Source of the DNA: an uncultured Clostridia bacterium
GTDB taxonomy: Bacteria; Bacillota; Clostridia; Christensenellales; UBA1242
Direction of reading: 5' to 3'
NCBI GenBank assembly: GCA_944384415.1
Contig: CALWTF010000009.1
Coordinates: 30,191 to 94,190, forward strand
Length of the DNA stretch: 64,000 nt
The notes under the pieces were generated by a model. It was not told where the DNA came from. It ran no database searches and saw nothing but the letters and a program-made list of their open reading frames with translations. Below, one piece after another: positions 1 to 12,141 of the stretch; position 1 is the first letter of the stretch, and each line of letters opens with the position of its first letter. The translations under genes and the position numbers were made by a program.

Positions 1-1593
<1,593 letters not shown>

Positions 1594-1703
1594 TTATAAT
1601 TTAACTATAATTATACTTTTGCTTTTAAACTAAGTCAAACAAAACCTTGCTAAAAAACATTTTAATTGTTATAATAAACAAATAATTGATAAAAGGTTAA
1701 TTT

Positions 1704-2450
1704 ATGAAGCGTATAAAAATAGATGTTCAATATAAAGGAACCAATTACTCTGGTTGGCAAATTCAACCTAATAAACAAACTATTCAGGGTGAATTACAAG
1801 AAGCAATTTTTAAAGCTTTGAATGAAAAAGTTGAGGTTGTTGGAAGTGGCAGAACAGATGCGGGAGTTCATGCGTTAAAGCAAGTTGCACATTTTGACAC
1901 TGAAACAAAATTTAAACCAGATAAATTATGGGCAATAATTAACAAATTTTTACCCGAAGATATAAAAGTTTTAGCAAGCTGTGAGGTTAGCAGTGATTTC
2001 CATGCTAGATTTAATAGTAAAAGAAAAACTTATATTTATAACTTTTACACAAGTTTGGTAGATTTGCCATTGTTAAAAGAAACTTTCGCAAGAATAAGAA
2101 CTGATTTTAATTTTGAATTAGCAAAAAAAGCTTGTTCAGCTTTTTTAGGAGAACATGATTTTGCCGCGTTCTGTAGTTCAAAAACCAATGTTGAAAGCAC
2201 TGTTCGTACAATTTATAATTTAGAACTTAAAGCTTGTGGTTCAAATAGTTATTGTTTATCTGTGTGTGGTAATGGATTTTTGTATAATATGGTACGAATA
2301 ATAGCTGGTACAATTATTGATGTTGGTTTGGGTTTTATAAATCCTAATGATGTTCCTGATATTATAAAAAGTAAAAACAGAAGCAAGGCAGGAAAAACTG
2401 CTAGCGCTTGTGGTTTGTGTCTTAAGGAAGTTGAATATAACGATTTATAA
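1704..2450 (+). CDS. truA: tRNA pseudouridine(38-40) synthase TruA
   Basis: YKGTNYSGWQIQPN..GSGRTDAGVHAL motif containing the catalytic Asp; length 248 aa. Confidence 0.9.
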   Translation: MKRIKIDVQYKGTNYSGWQIQPNKQTIQGELQEAIFKALNEKVEVVGSGRTDAGVHALKQVAHFDTETKFKPDKLWAIINKFLPEDIKVLASCEVSSDFHARFNSKRKTYIYNFYTSLVDLPLLKETFARIRTDFNFELAKKACSAFLGEHDFAAFCSSKTNVESTVRTIYNLELKACGSNSYCLSVCGNGFLYNMVRIIAGTIIDVGLGFINPNDVPDIIKSKNRSKAGKTASACGLCLKEVEYNDL

Positions 2451-2509
2451 TTTTTTATTAATATTTTTTAAATTTAAACATTTTTTATTCAGCAAAAATA
2501 AAAATACTC

Positions 2510-2538
2510 TTGACAAAATATATTGTTTGTTATAAAAT
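2510..2538 (+). promoter_or_regulatory. sigma-A type promoter for rplM-rpsI
   Basis: TTGACA at 2510-2515, then TGtTATAAAAT with a -10 at 2531-2538. About 80 nt of 5' UTR precedes the rplM ATG. Confidence 0.5.
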
Positions 2539-2620
2539 TAACAAGTCAATTAACTTTGGAGAATTAGCCCCTCATCAAAGCAAAATTGCAATAAATTTTT
2601 TTATAAAAAGGAAAATAGAT

Positions 2621-3061
2621 ATGAAAACATTTATGCCAAAACAGCAAGATGTTAAAAGAGAATGGTGGGTTGTTGATGCAACTGATATTCCATTAGGTCG
2701 TCTTGCTAGTCAAGTTGCTGCAATTTTGAGAGGTAAAAACAAACCAACTTACACTCCACACGCTGATATGGGTGACAATGTTATTGTTATTAACTGTGAC
2801 AAAGTTGCATTAACAGGTGACAAGTTAAACCAAAAATTTTACAAATACCACACCCTTTATCCAGGTGGAGACCGTGCTATCCAATATAAAAAACTTATGG
2901 CAGAAAAAAGTGATTTTGTTGTTGAACACGCTGTAAAAGGTATGTTACCTAAAAACACTTTAGGTAGACATATGCTTAAAAAACTTCGCACTTATAAGGG
3001 GGCGGAGCATCAACACGAAGCTCAATCACCAAAAGTTTTAAAAATTAAAGGAGGGAAATAA
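2621..3061 (+). CDS. rplM: 50S ribosomal protein L13
   Basis: [35 protein letters not shown] is a canonical L13 N-terminus. The track ORF start at 2510 lies over the promoter, so the ATG at 2621 is preferred. Confidence 0.93.
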   Translation: MKTFMPKQQDVKREWWVVDATDIPLGRLASQVAAILRGKNKPTYTPHADMGDNVIVINCDKVALTGDKLNQKFYKYHTLYPGGDRAIQYKKLMAEKSDFVVEHAVKGMLPKNTLGRHMLKKLRTYKGAEHQHEAQSPKVLKIKGGK

Positions 3062-3063
3062 TT

Positions 3064-3480
3064 ATGGCTGCTACTAAAAAATCTACTAAAGCTGTTACTC
3101 AAAAACCAGAAACTGGTCGTCGTAAATCCTCCGTTGCACGCGTTCGTCTTGTTGCAGGTAATGGTAAGATAACAATCAATGGCCGTGATATTGAACAATA
3201 CTTTGGTTTGGGAACCTTAAAACAAATTGTTCGTCAACCACTTGAGTTAACAAACAGTTTAGATAAATATGATGTTTTTGTTAATGTATATGGTGGTGGT
3301 CTTTCTGGTCAAGCTGGTGCAATTCGTCATGGTATTGCTAGACACATTGTTGCACTTGATGAAAATCAAAAAGCAGTTTTAAAAACTGCAGGTTTGCTTA
3401 CTCGCGACCCAAGAATGAAAGAACGCAAAAAATATGGTTTACACAAGGCTAGAAAAGCTGTTCAATTTAATAAGCGTTAA
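3064..3480 (+). CDS. rpsI: 30S ribosomal protein S9
   Basis: [19 protein letters not shown] and the C-terminal [24 protein letters not shown]. Confidence 0.95.
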   Translation: MAATKKSTKAVTQKPETGRRKSSVARVRLVAGNGKITINGRDIEQYFGLGTLKQIVRQPLELTNSLDKYDVFVNVYGGGLSGQAGAIRHGIARHIVALDENQKAVLKTAGLLTRDPRMKERKKYGLHKARKAVQFNKR

Positions 3481-3483
3481 TTT

Positions 3484-3518
3484 AAAAAACTTGCAAATGC
3501 AAGTTTTTATTTTTTTTG
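3484..3518 (+). terminator. rho-independent terminator after rpsI
   Basis: Hairpin aaaaacttgc-aaat-gcaagttttt followed by a T-run. Confidence 0.75.
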
Positions 3519-3592
3519 TTTAAGTTTTATTTGTCAAATATTTATTTTTATTTTATAATCAAATTGTATACATTCTCAAAAGGGGTATTGTG

Positions 3593-4537
3593 ATGCAAAC
3601 AGATTATGATTTGATTATTATTGGAAGTGGACCAGCTGGAATGACTGCTGGTATTTATGCTAAACGAGCTGGTATAAACACTTTAATTATAGAAAAAGGT
3701 GCAGTTGGTGGGCAAGTTACTTTAACTCAAGATATTGAAAATTATCCAGGAATGGAAAATATAAATGGTTTTGAGCTTTCACAGAAAATGTTTGAACAAG
3801 TTACTTCATTAGCTGTTGATGTTGTTTTTGATGAGGTTATTGATGTTGATTTTAGTGGAGAAAAGAAAAAAATAGTTGCAGGTGGTGTAACATACACCTG
3901 TTATGCTGTCATATTAAGTATGGGTGCATACTCTCGTGGGCTTGGATTAGATAATGAGTTTGAATATGTTGGGGGTGGTGTTAGTTATTGCGCTGTATGT
4001 GATGGTAACTTTTTTAAGAATAAAACCGTTGCAGTTGTAGGTGGTGGAAATACTGCACTAGAAGATGTTATATATTTATCCAACTTGGCTAATAAGATTT
4101 ATCATATACATCGTAGAAACGAATTTAGAGCAGATGAGGCAGTTTTAAAAGATTATAATAAAATTATGCAGGATAAACCAGGAAAGATTGAGCAAGTTTT
4201 ACAATATAAAATAGACCAATTAAAGGGCAAACCTAAACTTCAATCACTAATTTTAAAAAATGTTGTAGATGGTACTAAAAAAGAAATAAATGTTGATGGA
4301 TTATTTGTTGCAATTGGGCGTGTTCCACAAACTGAGTTTTTAAATGGAGTGGTTGAATTATCTAATGGTTATATAAAAGTAGATGATAAAATGCAAACAA
4401 ACATTAAGGGAGTGTTTGCAGCGGGTGATATTGTTGAAAAAAATTTGCGTCAAATTGTAACTGCAACAAGTGATGGGGCTATAGCTGCAACAAATGCAAG
4501 TTTATATATCAAACAAATAAAAAATAAAAATAAATAA
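3593..4537 (+). CDS. trxB: thioredoxin-disulfide reductase
   Basis: GSGPAG FAD motif, CAVCDG redox-active dithiol, GGGNTA NADPH motif. The ATG at 3593 is better spaced from the AAAGGGG RBS than the GTG at 3590. Confidence 0.9.
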   Translation: MQTDYDLIIIGSGPAGMTAGIYAKRAGINTLIIEKGAVGGQVTLTQDIENYPGMENINGFELSQKMFEQVTSLAVDVVFDEVIDVDFSGEKKKIVAGGVTYTCYAVILSMGAYSRGLGLDNEFEYVGGGVSYCAVCDGNFFKNKTVAVVGGGNTALEDVIYLSNLANKIYHIHRRNEFRADEAVLKDYNKIMQDKPGKIEQVLQYKIDQLKGKPKLQSLILKNVVDGTKKEINVDGLFVAIGRVPQTEFLNGVVELSNGYIKVDDKMQTNIKGVFAAGDIVEKNLRQIVTATSDGAIAATNASLYIKQIKNKNK

Positions 4538-4551
4538 AAAGAAGGTTTATT

Positions 4552-5892
4552 ATGAAAAAAATTTTTGGAACAGATGGTGTTCGTGGTCTTGCAAACACTC
4601 AAATAACTTGTGAATTAGCATTTAATATAGGGAAAGCTGTTGCTATTTATGCTACAAAAAAATGTTCACAAATAAAACCAAAGATTTTGGTTGTGCGTGA
4701 TACAAGAACATCAGGTGATATGCTTCAATGTGCAATTTGTGCTGGAATAACAAGTATGGGGATTGATGTTGTTACAACTGAGATTTTGCCAACACCTGCC
4801 GTGCATGTTTTAGTTAAAAAAAGATTTTCTAGTATGGGGGTTATGATAACTGCTAGTCATAATCCGCCAGAATATAACGGAATAAAAATTATTAATGAAT
4901 TGGGGTTAAAATTAAGTGATGAAGAAGAAGCTGAAATTGAACAAATATTAGCAGATATTTCTAATTATTTACCGTGCGACCCTTCAGATGTTGGTGTTAT
5001 AACATTTAATGATGAATTACCAATGACTTTTGCTGAATATGAATTAAAGTCTTTAAGCGAAAATTTGGAAGGTATTTCAATTTGCTTGGATTGTGCTAAC
5101 GGTGCAACTTATCAAATGGCTCCTTATATTTTTAAAAGAGCAGGCGCAAAAATTGATGTTATTAATGATGAAAGTGATGGTGTTAAAATAAATGTAAATT
5201 GTGGTTCAACTCATATTGAACAATTATCAGAATACATAAAGGACAAAAATTTTGATTTAGGTTTTGCTTTTGATGGCGATGGCGACAGAATGATTGCTGT
5301 GTTAGGTGATGGAACAGTGTTAGGTGGAGATGAAATGATATTTTTAACCACTTATTATTATGCTGATAAAAAAATACTTAATAATAATGTTTTTGCAACA
5401 AATATTATAACAAATTGTGGAATTGATAAAAGTTTAGAAAAATTTGGTGTAAAAGTTGAAAGAATAACTGCTGTTGGTGGTAAACCGTTACAAAAAATAA
5501 TGATAGAAAAAAATATTAATCTAGCAGCTGAAGATAATGGACATATTATATTTGGAAATTACAATCATTGTTCTGATGGAATTATCTGTGGGCTTATTTT
5601 AAGTTTGATGGTAAAACAAAACTATAATTTAAAAGACATTTTAAAAAAATATATTCCATTTAAACAATGTAAAGTTGATGTTAATATAAGTGAAAGACAA
5701 AAACAAATTTATTTATCTGGTGGAATAAATGAAATTATTAATGATTTTGAACACAAATTAAAAGATGATGGTAGAATTGTTGTTAGACCAAGTGGAACAG
5801 AACCACTAATTAGAATAATGGTTGAAGGTACAGATTTTGAAACAATAGAAAAAATTGCAAATAAATTAAAAGATAGTATTTTGGCTTTATAA
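4552..5892 (+). CDS. glmM: phosphoglucosamine mutase
   Basis: FGTDGVRG, the TASHNPPEYNGIK phosphoserine loop, FDGDGDR metal loop, VRPSGTEP. Confidence 0.92.
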   Translation: MKKIFGTDGVRGLANTQITCELAFNIGKAVAIYATKKCSQIKPKILVVRDTRTSGDMLQCAICAGITSMGIDVVTTEILPTPAVHVLVKKRFSSMGVMITASHNPPEYNGIKIINELGLKLSDEEEAEIEQILADISNYLPCDPSDVGVITFNDELPMTFAEYELKSLSENLEGISICLDCANGATYQMAPYIFKRAGAKIDVINDESDGVKINVNCGSTHIEQLSEYIKDKNFDLGFAFDGDGDRMIAVLGDGTVLGGDEMIFLTTYYYADKKILNNNVFATNIITNCGIDKSLEKFGVKVERITAVGGKPLQKIMIEKNINLAAEDNGHIIFGNYNHCSDGIICGLILSLMVKQNYNLKDILKKYIPFKQCKVDVNISERQKQIYLSGGINEIINDFEHKLKDDGRIVVRPSGTEPLIRIMVEGTDFETIEKIANKLKDSILAL

Positions 5893-5895
5893 TAA

Positions 5896-5925
5896 AAAAA
5901 GAGTGAAAAAACACTCTTTTTTATT
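5896..5925 (+). terminator. rho-independent terminator after glmM
   Basis: aaagagtg-aaaaaa-cactcttt followed by TTTT. Confidence 0.7.
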
Positions 5926-5968
5926 ATAATTTTTACATAAATTGTATTTTTTTTTGCAAAATAAATTT

Positions 5969-7516
5969 ATGAAGATACAAACTTTTTTTGGTAGTGTTTT
6001 TATTTTATTTGTTGGAAGTGCTGTTGCAAAATTTTTGGGGGCGGTTTATAGAATACCACTTACATGGATTTTAGGTGCTGAGGGTTTGGGATTATATCAA
6101 CTTGTTTTTCCAGTTTTTTCATTGTTATTAATATTATCTGCAACTGGAATGCCAGCTGCAATCAGTCAGGTTATCGCAAGTCATAATAATTCAACTCATT
6201 CAAAACAGATTTTTAAAATAAGTTTATTATTGATGTTTTTTTTAGGCATTTTAGGGTCGTTATTTTTGTTTTTATTTTCTGGAATAATTTCTAATTTACA
6301 AGGTAATGGATTGGTTGTTTATTCTTACATTGCTATAGCGCCAGCAGTGGTTTTTGTAAGTATTTTATCTGCTTTTAGGGGTTATTTTCAAGGTAGACTA
6401 AATATGATACCTACTGCTTTAAGTAATATAAGTGAACAACTATTTAAACTTATTTTTGGTCTTACATTTTCTGCTTTGTTGGTGAAAAACGGAATTCAGT
6501 TTGGTGTTATGGGTGCTATTATAGGTGTAACACTTTCTGAATTATTTACAGTTTTAATGATGTTTATATTTTATATAAATGAAAGAAAAAAATTCAAGGA
6601 ACCAAAAACTGATTTTAAAATAAGTAATAAAGTTTTATTAAAAGAAATAATAAAAACTGCATTTCCGGTGGTTTTGGCTTCGGTAATTATTCCAACTTCG
6701 TTAGTAATTGATAGTTTTTTAGTTATTAATTTATTAAATTTAATTGGATTTTCAACTGAAAACAGTACTATACTTTGGGGAATACATAGCGGAATAGTAA
6801 TGTCCATTATAAATTTACCTGTTGTTTTATGTGTTTGTGTGGCAACTGTATTCGTTCCAACCTTAAGTGGTTCAAAATCAATTTTAGAAAAACAAACAAA
6901 AATACAAAAAGGATTTTGGACAACAATGTATATAGTGTTTCCTTGTGTAATAGTTTTGGCTTTATTAGCTCCACAAATTTTAAGTTTTCTTTATGCCGAC
7001 AGTTTGGTTTCTGATGGAGTAAACGAGTTTGAAGTTGCAACTAGATTGTTATTATATTCAAGCCCTATGGTAATTTTAATAGCAATTTTACAAACACAAA
7101 CTGCTATTTTACAAGGTGATAAGCATTTAGTTATACCAGTTCTTAACTTGTTTGTTGCGGTAATAATTAAAGTTATAATTTTATTACTTGCAGTTTTATC
7201 TTTTAATATTTATGGTGTTGTGATTGCTAATTATTGTTTGTACTTAAGTGTTGTATTATTAAATTGGTGGCAAATAAAAGTAAAAGTTTTAAACAGTTTT
7301 AAATTAAAAATTTATTTACCTAAATTACTAGCTGCCTCTGTAAATTTTATTTTAGCTGTTTTAGTTTTTAAAAATTTTACAATTAATTTATCTGTTTATT
7401 TAAGTTTACCAATCATTGTTTTAGCTGGATTATTAACTTATTTAATTTCATTAATGTGTTTAAATGTTGGTAAGAACAAAGAGTTTTTAAAAAAGTTGGC
7501 ACAAAAGAGTTTATAA
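5969..7516 (+). CDS. MOP-superfamily flippase (SpoVB / MurJ-like polysaccharide biosynthesis protein)
   Basis: About 14 predicted TM helices. The N-terminus (ILFVGSAVAKFLGAVYRIPLTWILGAEGLGLYQLVFP) resembles the SpoVB/YtgP family. The ATG at 5969 is preferred over the track start. Confidence 0.7.
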   Translation: MKIQTFFGSVFILFVGSAVAKFLGAVYRIPLTWILGAEGLGLYQLVFPVFSLLLILSATGMPAAISQVIASHNNSTHSKQIFKISLLLMFFLGILGSLFLFLFSGIISNLQGNGLVVYSYIAIAPAVVFVSILSAFRGYFQGRLNMIPTALSNISEQLFKLIFGLTFSALLVKNGIQFGVMGAIIGVTLSELFTVLMMFIFYINERKKFKEPKTDFKISNKVLLKEIIKTAFPVVLASVIIPTSLVIDSFLVINLLNLIGFSTENSTILWGIHSGIVMSIINLPVVLCVCVATVFVPTLSGSKSILEKQTKIQKGFWTTMYIVFPCVIVLALLAPQILSFLYADSLVSDGVNEFEVATRLLLYSSPMVILIAILQTQTAILQGDKHLVIPVLNLFVAVIIKVIILLLAVLSFNIYGVVIANYCLYLSVVLLNWWQIKVKVLNSFKLKIYLPKLLAASVNFILAVLVFKNFTINLSVYLSLPIIVLAGLLTYLISLMCLNVGKNKEFLKKLAQKSL

Positions 7517-7565
7517 ACACTTTTTTATGAAAAACTTTAAGTATTAAAATTAAAAGGGGATTTTT

Positions 7566-7835
7566 ATGAATAAAAAAGAATTAATAAAAGCTGTTTCAAA
7601 ACAATCAAATTTAACTCAAAAGGATTGTATACAATGTTTAAATGCATTAAAATCGGTGATAACTGATACACTACAAAGAGGGGAAATTATAAGTTTGGTT
7701 GGGTTTGGTAGATTTTATACTAAAGTTAGTCAAAAGCGAGAGATTTATAATCCTGTAACCAAACAAAAACATATTGTAAAATCTCAAATTTTGCCTAAAT
7801 TTAAGGCTAGCAATAGTATAAAAGTTCGTTTTTAG
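7566..7835 (+). CDS. HU/IHF-family DNA-binding protein, divergent paralogue
   Basis: MNKKELIKAVS...GFGRF...NP.T...I....LPKFKAS fits the HU fold pattern, but the arm region is diverged. Confidence 0.75.
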   Translation: MNKKELIKAVSKQSNLTQKDCIQCLNALKSVITDTLQRGEIISLVGFGRFYTKVSQKREIYNPVTKQKHIVKSQILPKFKASNSIKVRF

Positions 7836-7949
7836 GCTTAAAATTGACCTAAAAAGGCTATTTTTTATAAAAAAATGTTAAAAATCGTTTGGTTAAGTTA
7901 TTTTTGTATGTTATAATTAGTTTAACTTTATAAAAGGAGAAAACAAATT

Positions 7950-8222
7950 ATGAACAAACAAGAATTCATCAGTGCTGTTTCTAAAAAAGCAGGTGTTTCA
8001 ATGGCTGACGCTGGTAGAGCAGTTAATGCTATGCTTGATGTTATCCAAGAAGAATTAAAAAAAGGTGGCGAAGTTGTTTTAACAGGTTTTGGAAAATTTG
8101 AAACTCGTAAACGCGCTGCTCGTAATGGCGTTAATCCACTTACAAAACAACCTATTAAAATTGCTGCATCTAAAGTTCCTGCATTCAAAGCAGGAAAAGG
8201 CTTTAAAGATGCTATTCAATAA
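7950..8222 (+). CDS. hup: DNA-binding protein HU
   Basis: MNKQEFISAVS..GFGKFETRKRAARNGVNPLTKQPIKIAASKVPAFKAGK is near-consensus HU. Confidence 0.92.
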   Translation: MNKQEFISAVSKKAGVSMADAGRAVNAMLDVIQEELKKGGEVVLTGFGKFETRKRAARNGVNPLTKQPIKIAASKVPAFKAGKGFKDAIQ

Positions 8223-8244
8223 TTGGTTTATAATATTATATTTG

Positions 8245-8276
8245 AAAAGAAGGGTGGTTTACCCTTCTTTTCTTGA
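8245..8276 (+). terminator. rho-independent terminator after hup
   Basis: aagaagggt-ggttt-acccttctt hairpin followed by T-rich sequence. Confidence 0.7.
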
Positions 8277-8290
8277 ATTTATGGTGATTT

Positions 8291-9223
8291 ATGGAAATTG
8301 GAAATGTAAAATTAAAATCTAAATTTACACTAGCACCAATGGCTGGTTTTACTGATGTTGGTTTTAGGTCATTGTGTGCTAAATTTGGGGCTGGTTTAAC
8401 AACCACAGAAATGGTTAGTTTAAAGGGGTTGTTATATAATAACGCAGATACAAAAAATCTTTTGGTTTTTGAAAATAATGAACAACCTAAAAGTGTTCAA
8501 ATATTTTTGCGTGAGCCAGAGCTGGTTAAACAAGTGTTTGAAAAAGAATTTCTACAACCGTTTGATATAATAGATATTAATATGGGTTGTCCTGTTCCTA
8601 AAATTGTAAAAGAGGGTATGGGGTCAGCTTTAATGAAAGAACCCGATGTTGCTAAAAAAGTTATTGAAGCAGTTGTTAAACATTCAAAAAAACCGGTAAC
8701 TGTAAAATTTAGGTCTGGATTTGATTTTAGCAATATTAATGCTGTTGATTTTGCAAAAATGTGTGAGGATTCTGGAGCAAGTGCAGTTTGTGTTCATGGT
8801 AGAACTCGTGAACAAATGTACAGTGGAAAAGCTGATTGGAATATAATAGCAGAGGTTGTAAAAGCTGTTAGTATTCCAGTTTTAGGGAACGGTGATGTTA
8901 CTAATAAAATTGAAGCTGATAAAATGATTAATGAAACTGGCTGTTCAGGGGTTGCTATTGGTAGAGGAGCATTAGGTAAACCTTGGATATTTTCTGAATT
9001 GAATGGAAATGATATTAATGTAAATATTGTAGATGTAATTAAAGAACACTATAAAATATTGTGTAAATATGAAAATCATAAAATAGTTTTATTAAATATG
9101 AGGAAACATTTGGCAAGTTACATATCTAATGTTCGTGGGGCAAAGCAATTGCGTCAACAACTTACAACAAGTAATGATATAAATGAAATATTTTTTTTAT
9201 TAGAAAAAGTGTTTACAAATTAG
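8291..9223 (+). CDS. dusB: tRNA dihydrouridine synthase
   Basis: LAPMAGFTD..FR, DINMGCP, VTVK.R.G and HGRTR motifs of the Dus family. Confidence 0.88.
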   Translation: MEIGNVKLKSKFTLAPMAGFTDVGFRSLCAKFGAGLTTTEMVSLKGLLYNNADTKNLLVFENNEQPKSVQIFLREPELVKQVFEKEFLQPFDIIDINMGCPVPKIVKEGMGSALMKEPDVAKKVIEAVVKHSKKPVTVKFRSGFDFSNINAVDFAKMCEDSGASAVCVHGRTREQMYSGKADWNIIAEVVKAVSIPVLGNGDVTNKIEADKMINETGCSGVAIGRGALGKPWIFSELNGNDINVNIVDVIKEHYKILCKYENHKIVLLNMRKHLASYISNVRGAKQLRQQLTTSNDINEIFFLLEKVFTN

Positions 9224-9303
9224 GCTATTTTTCGCCTTTTTAGTTGCTTGTTTTTCATATTTTTAGTATCATAATTATTGAACTTTTGTTTTTTGAGGTG
9301 TTG

Positions 9304-10932
9304 ATGAATGTTATTTATAATATAATTGCGACATTGGCTGGTTTGGGAGTTTTAATTTTTGGAATTAAAACAATGAATAAAGCGCTTGAAAATCTTATGG
9401 GAATGAAATTTAAAAGTGCATTAAGTAATGTTTCAAGAAATAATTTTAAAAGTTATGGTGTCGGTCTTGGTTTAACAATGGTTGCTCAAACTTCTTTGTT
9501 GACAAGCTCTATGGTTGTTGGGCTTATTAATACGGGAACTATTGGTTTATCTCAAAGTATGGCTTTAATTTTAGGTGCTATAACGGGTTCTTCGTTTTTT
9601 CATATAATAATGGCGTTTCAAAGTATAAATCTTGTAAGTATTTTTTCAATATTTGCATTTATTGGTGTTATGATTTTATTTTTTGTAAAAAACACTAAAA
9701 TGACTAATATTAGTTTGGTTATTATTGGATTTGGTTTGTTGTGTTTAGGGCTTTCATTAATAAGTTCTAATACTAGTGAAATTACTTCAATTGAAGGTGT
9801 TTCAAATTTTATTAGTAATTTAACAAATCCATTATTATTGATTTTGTGTGGTTTTATTTTGGCATTGCTAATGCACAGTTCAACTCCTGTTGTTGCTCTT
9901 GCTATTGCACTGTGTGGAACAGGTGGAGAAATTGGACCGATGAGCATTACATCTGGATGTTTGTTGGTTTTAGGTGCTTTTGTAGGTACTGCAATAGTTC
10001 ATATGTATATTAATGGTTTTGGCGATACTACCGATAGTAAAAGGCTATTAACATATGATGTTTTAGTTAGATTTATGGGCGCATTAATTATGGGATTATT
10101 GCTTTTAACAGGGTGGCAAAATTGGTTGTATAGTTTTTGTTTTAATGATTCAAGTATTGCTTTAGTTGTGTTTGGGATTTGTGTTGGATTGATTTCTGTT
10201 ATAATAGCACTTCCCACTATTCCTGTTGCTGAAAAATTTATGAGATTGATAGTTAAAAATAAAAAGAAAACAGCAAGCGAATTAGATGTGTTTAGCATTG
10301 ATGAGCATACTATAAAAATTCCTGTTATTGCACAATCAAGTGTTATGCTTGGAATATCTAAAATTTTAGAAATGGAAGTTGATTTATCTAAAAATTTGTG
10401 CAGATATATGTTTGAAAAAGATATAGATGATAAAGGTTTTAAAAATAAATTTAAAACACTTGAAAGGGCAATAAAACTTACAACTAACAATATTATTAGA
10501 ATAAGTGGTGTACAAGGACGAAACTCGGTTGAATATTGCAATAGTTTATTAGACATAACAAATGATACTAATCATATTTTAAAAGTTTGTACAAGGCTTT
10601 ATGATTATGGAAAAGAAGTTAATGAAAAGCCAAGAAAATTGATTTTATCACATATTGGTGTTTTAATGCCAATAAGTATTCAAGTGAACAATTTAGGTGA
10701 TAATGTTGTTAAGTATATTAATGAAAAAACAAAAAATAAAGATGAACTTTTAAAAGAAATGTTTGATATTCAAGATAAAAATACAAATCAAAACACAAAA
10801 GCAAAACATATGTTGTTTGATGAAAAAGTAAAAAAAGACAATACTATATATTTGAGCGTTCTTTATGAACTTGGGAAATTGAATACAGATTATATAAATG
10901 TTGCTATAAAAACTAATTTGATGGAGGTTTAA
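9304..10932 (+). CDS. Na+/phosphate cotransporter (NptA family) with a PhoU-like C-terminal region
   Basis: Polytopic N-terminal half (GLGVLIFGIKTM...) followed by a helical soluble tail. The start at 9304 has a GAGGTG RBS. Confidence 0.75.
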   Translation: MNVIYNIIATLAGLGVLIFGIKTMNKALENLMGMKFKSALSNVSRNNFKSYGVGLGLTMVAQTSLLTSSMVVGLINTGTIGLSQSMALILGAITGSSFFHIIMAFQSINLVSIFSIFAFIGVMILFFVKNTKMTNISLVIIGFGLLCLGLSLISSNTSEITSIEGVSNFISNLTNPLLLILCGFILALLMHSSTPVVALAIALCGTGGEIGPMSITSGCLLVLGAFVGTAIVHMYINGFGDTTDSKRLLTYDVLVRFMGALIMGLLLLTGWQNWLYSFCFNDSSIALVVFGICVGLISVIIALPTIPVAEKFMRLIVKNKKKTASELDVFSIDEHTIKIPVIAQSSVMLGISKILEMEVDLSKNLCRYMFEKDIDDKGFKNKFKTLERAIKLTTNNIIRISGVQGRNSVEYCNSLLDITNDTNHILKVCTRLYDYGKEVNEKPRKLILSHIGVLMPISIQVNNLGDNVVKYINEKTKNKDELLKEMFDIQDKNTNQNTKAKHMLFDEKVKKDNTIYLSVLYELGKLNTDYINVAIKTNLMEV

Positions 10933-10933
10933 T

Positions 10934-12133
10934 ATGCAAAAGAAATTAATGATTACAGATTATAATATTAAAGGACAAAGAGTGTTACTTCGAGTGGATT
11001 TTAATGTTCCGCTAAACTCAAAAGGAGTTATAACAAATGATAAAAAAATAAGGGAATCATTACAAACCATTCAATATATGATGCAAGAAGGTGCAAAAAT
11101 TATTATATGCTCGCATTTAGGAAGACCAGAGGGGAAAGTAGTTCCAGAATTTTCATTAAAACCATGTGCGGAAAGGTTGGCTAAATTGCTTAAAACACCA
11201 GTACTTTTATCTACTGATGTTGGCGGAGTAGATACACATAAACTTGTTCGTGGTATGAAAGATGGTGATATTGTTATGATGGAAAATCTTCGTTTTGACC
11301 CAGGTGAAGAACAAAATTCAGAAGAGTTGGCAAAAAAATTTGCTTCATTTGCAGATTTATACTGTAATGATGCATTTGGTAGTATGCACAGGGCACATAC
11401 CAGTACTTCTAAAATAACTGAGTTTTTGCCAAGTTGTATAGGGTTTCTTGTTCAAAGAGAAATTGAAGTAATGGGAAGTGCGTTAGAAAATCCAAGACGA
11501 CCTTTTGTTGTTATCGTTGGTGGTTCTAAAATAAAAGATAAAATAACATTATTAAACAATATGATGTCTCACGCAGACACTGTTTTAATAGGTGGCGCAA
11601 TGTCTTACACATTTTTAAAAGCACAAGGCTATGATGTGGGGAAATCAATAGTTGAAGATGATAAAATTGATTTTGCACGATTATTGTTAGAAAAAGCTGA
11701 AAAATGTGGAACCGAAGTTTTGTTACCTGTTGACCATGTTGTTGCTGATGAATTTAATTTTGCTGCTGAAAGTAGAGTTGTTAGAACAGAGAAATTTGAA
11801 AAAGATGATATAGGTATGGATATAGGTCCTAAAACTATAAAAATGTTTGAGCGTGAAATTTTCCACGCACGAACAGTTTTTTGGAATGGTCCAATGGGGG
11901 TATTTGAATTTCAGCGTTTTTCTGATGGAACAAATGCAATTGCAGAAGCTATGGCAAGTTGTGGTAAAAATGTTACAACAATAATAGGGGGCGGTGACAG
12001 TGCAAGTGCTGTTGAAAGATTGGGGTTACAAGAAAGGATTACCCATGTTTCAACAGGTGGTGGTGCTTCATTAAAATTTATGGAAGGTACAACATTACCT
12101 GGTTTGGCTGCAATCTCAGATAAACATGAATAG
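10934..12133 (+). CDS. pgk: phosphoglycerate kinase
   Basis: RVDFNVP, SHLGRP, NGPMGVFE, GGGDS motifs. Confidence 0.95.
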   Translation: MQKKLMITDYNIKGQRVLLRVDFNVPLNSKGVITNDKKIRESLQTIQYMMQEGAKIIICSHLGRPEGKVVPEFSLKPCAERLAKLLKTPVLLSTDVGGVDTHKLVRGMKDGDIVMMENLRFDPGEEQNSEELAKKFASFADLYCNDAFGSMHRAHTSTSKITEFLPSCIGFLVQREIEVMGSALENPRRPFVVIVGGSKIKDKITLLNNMMSHADTVLIGGAMSYTFLKAQGYDVGKSIVEDDKIDFARLLLEKAEKCGTEVLLPVDHVVADEFNFAAESRVVRTEKFEKDDIGMDIGPKTIKMFEREIFHARTVFWNGPMGVFEFQRFSDGTNAIAEAMASCGKNVTTIIGGGDSASAVERLGLQERITHVSTGGGASLKFMEGTTLPGLAAISDKHE

Positions 12134-12141
12134 GAGTAGTT

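Noticed and set aside
2539-2620. Ribosomal-protein L13 leader RNA in the rplM 5' UTR
   Set aside because: An ~80-nt UTR exists, but I could not fold a convincing conserved hairpin by eye. It is left uncalled pending a covariance-model search (RF00555).
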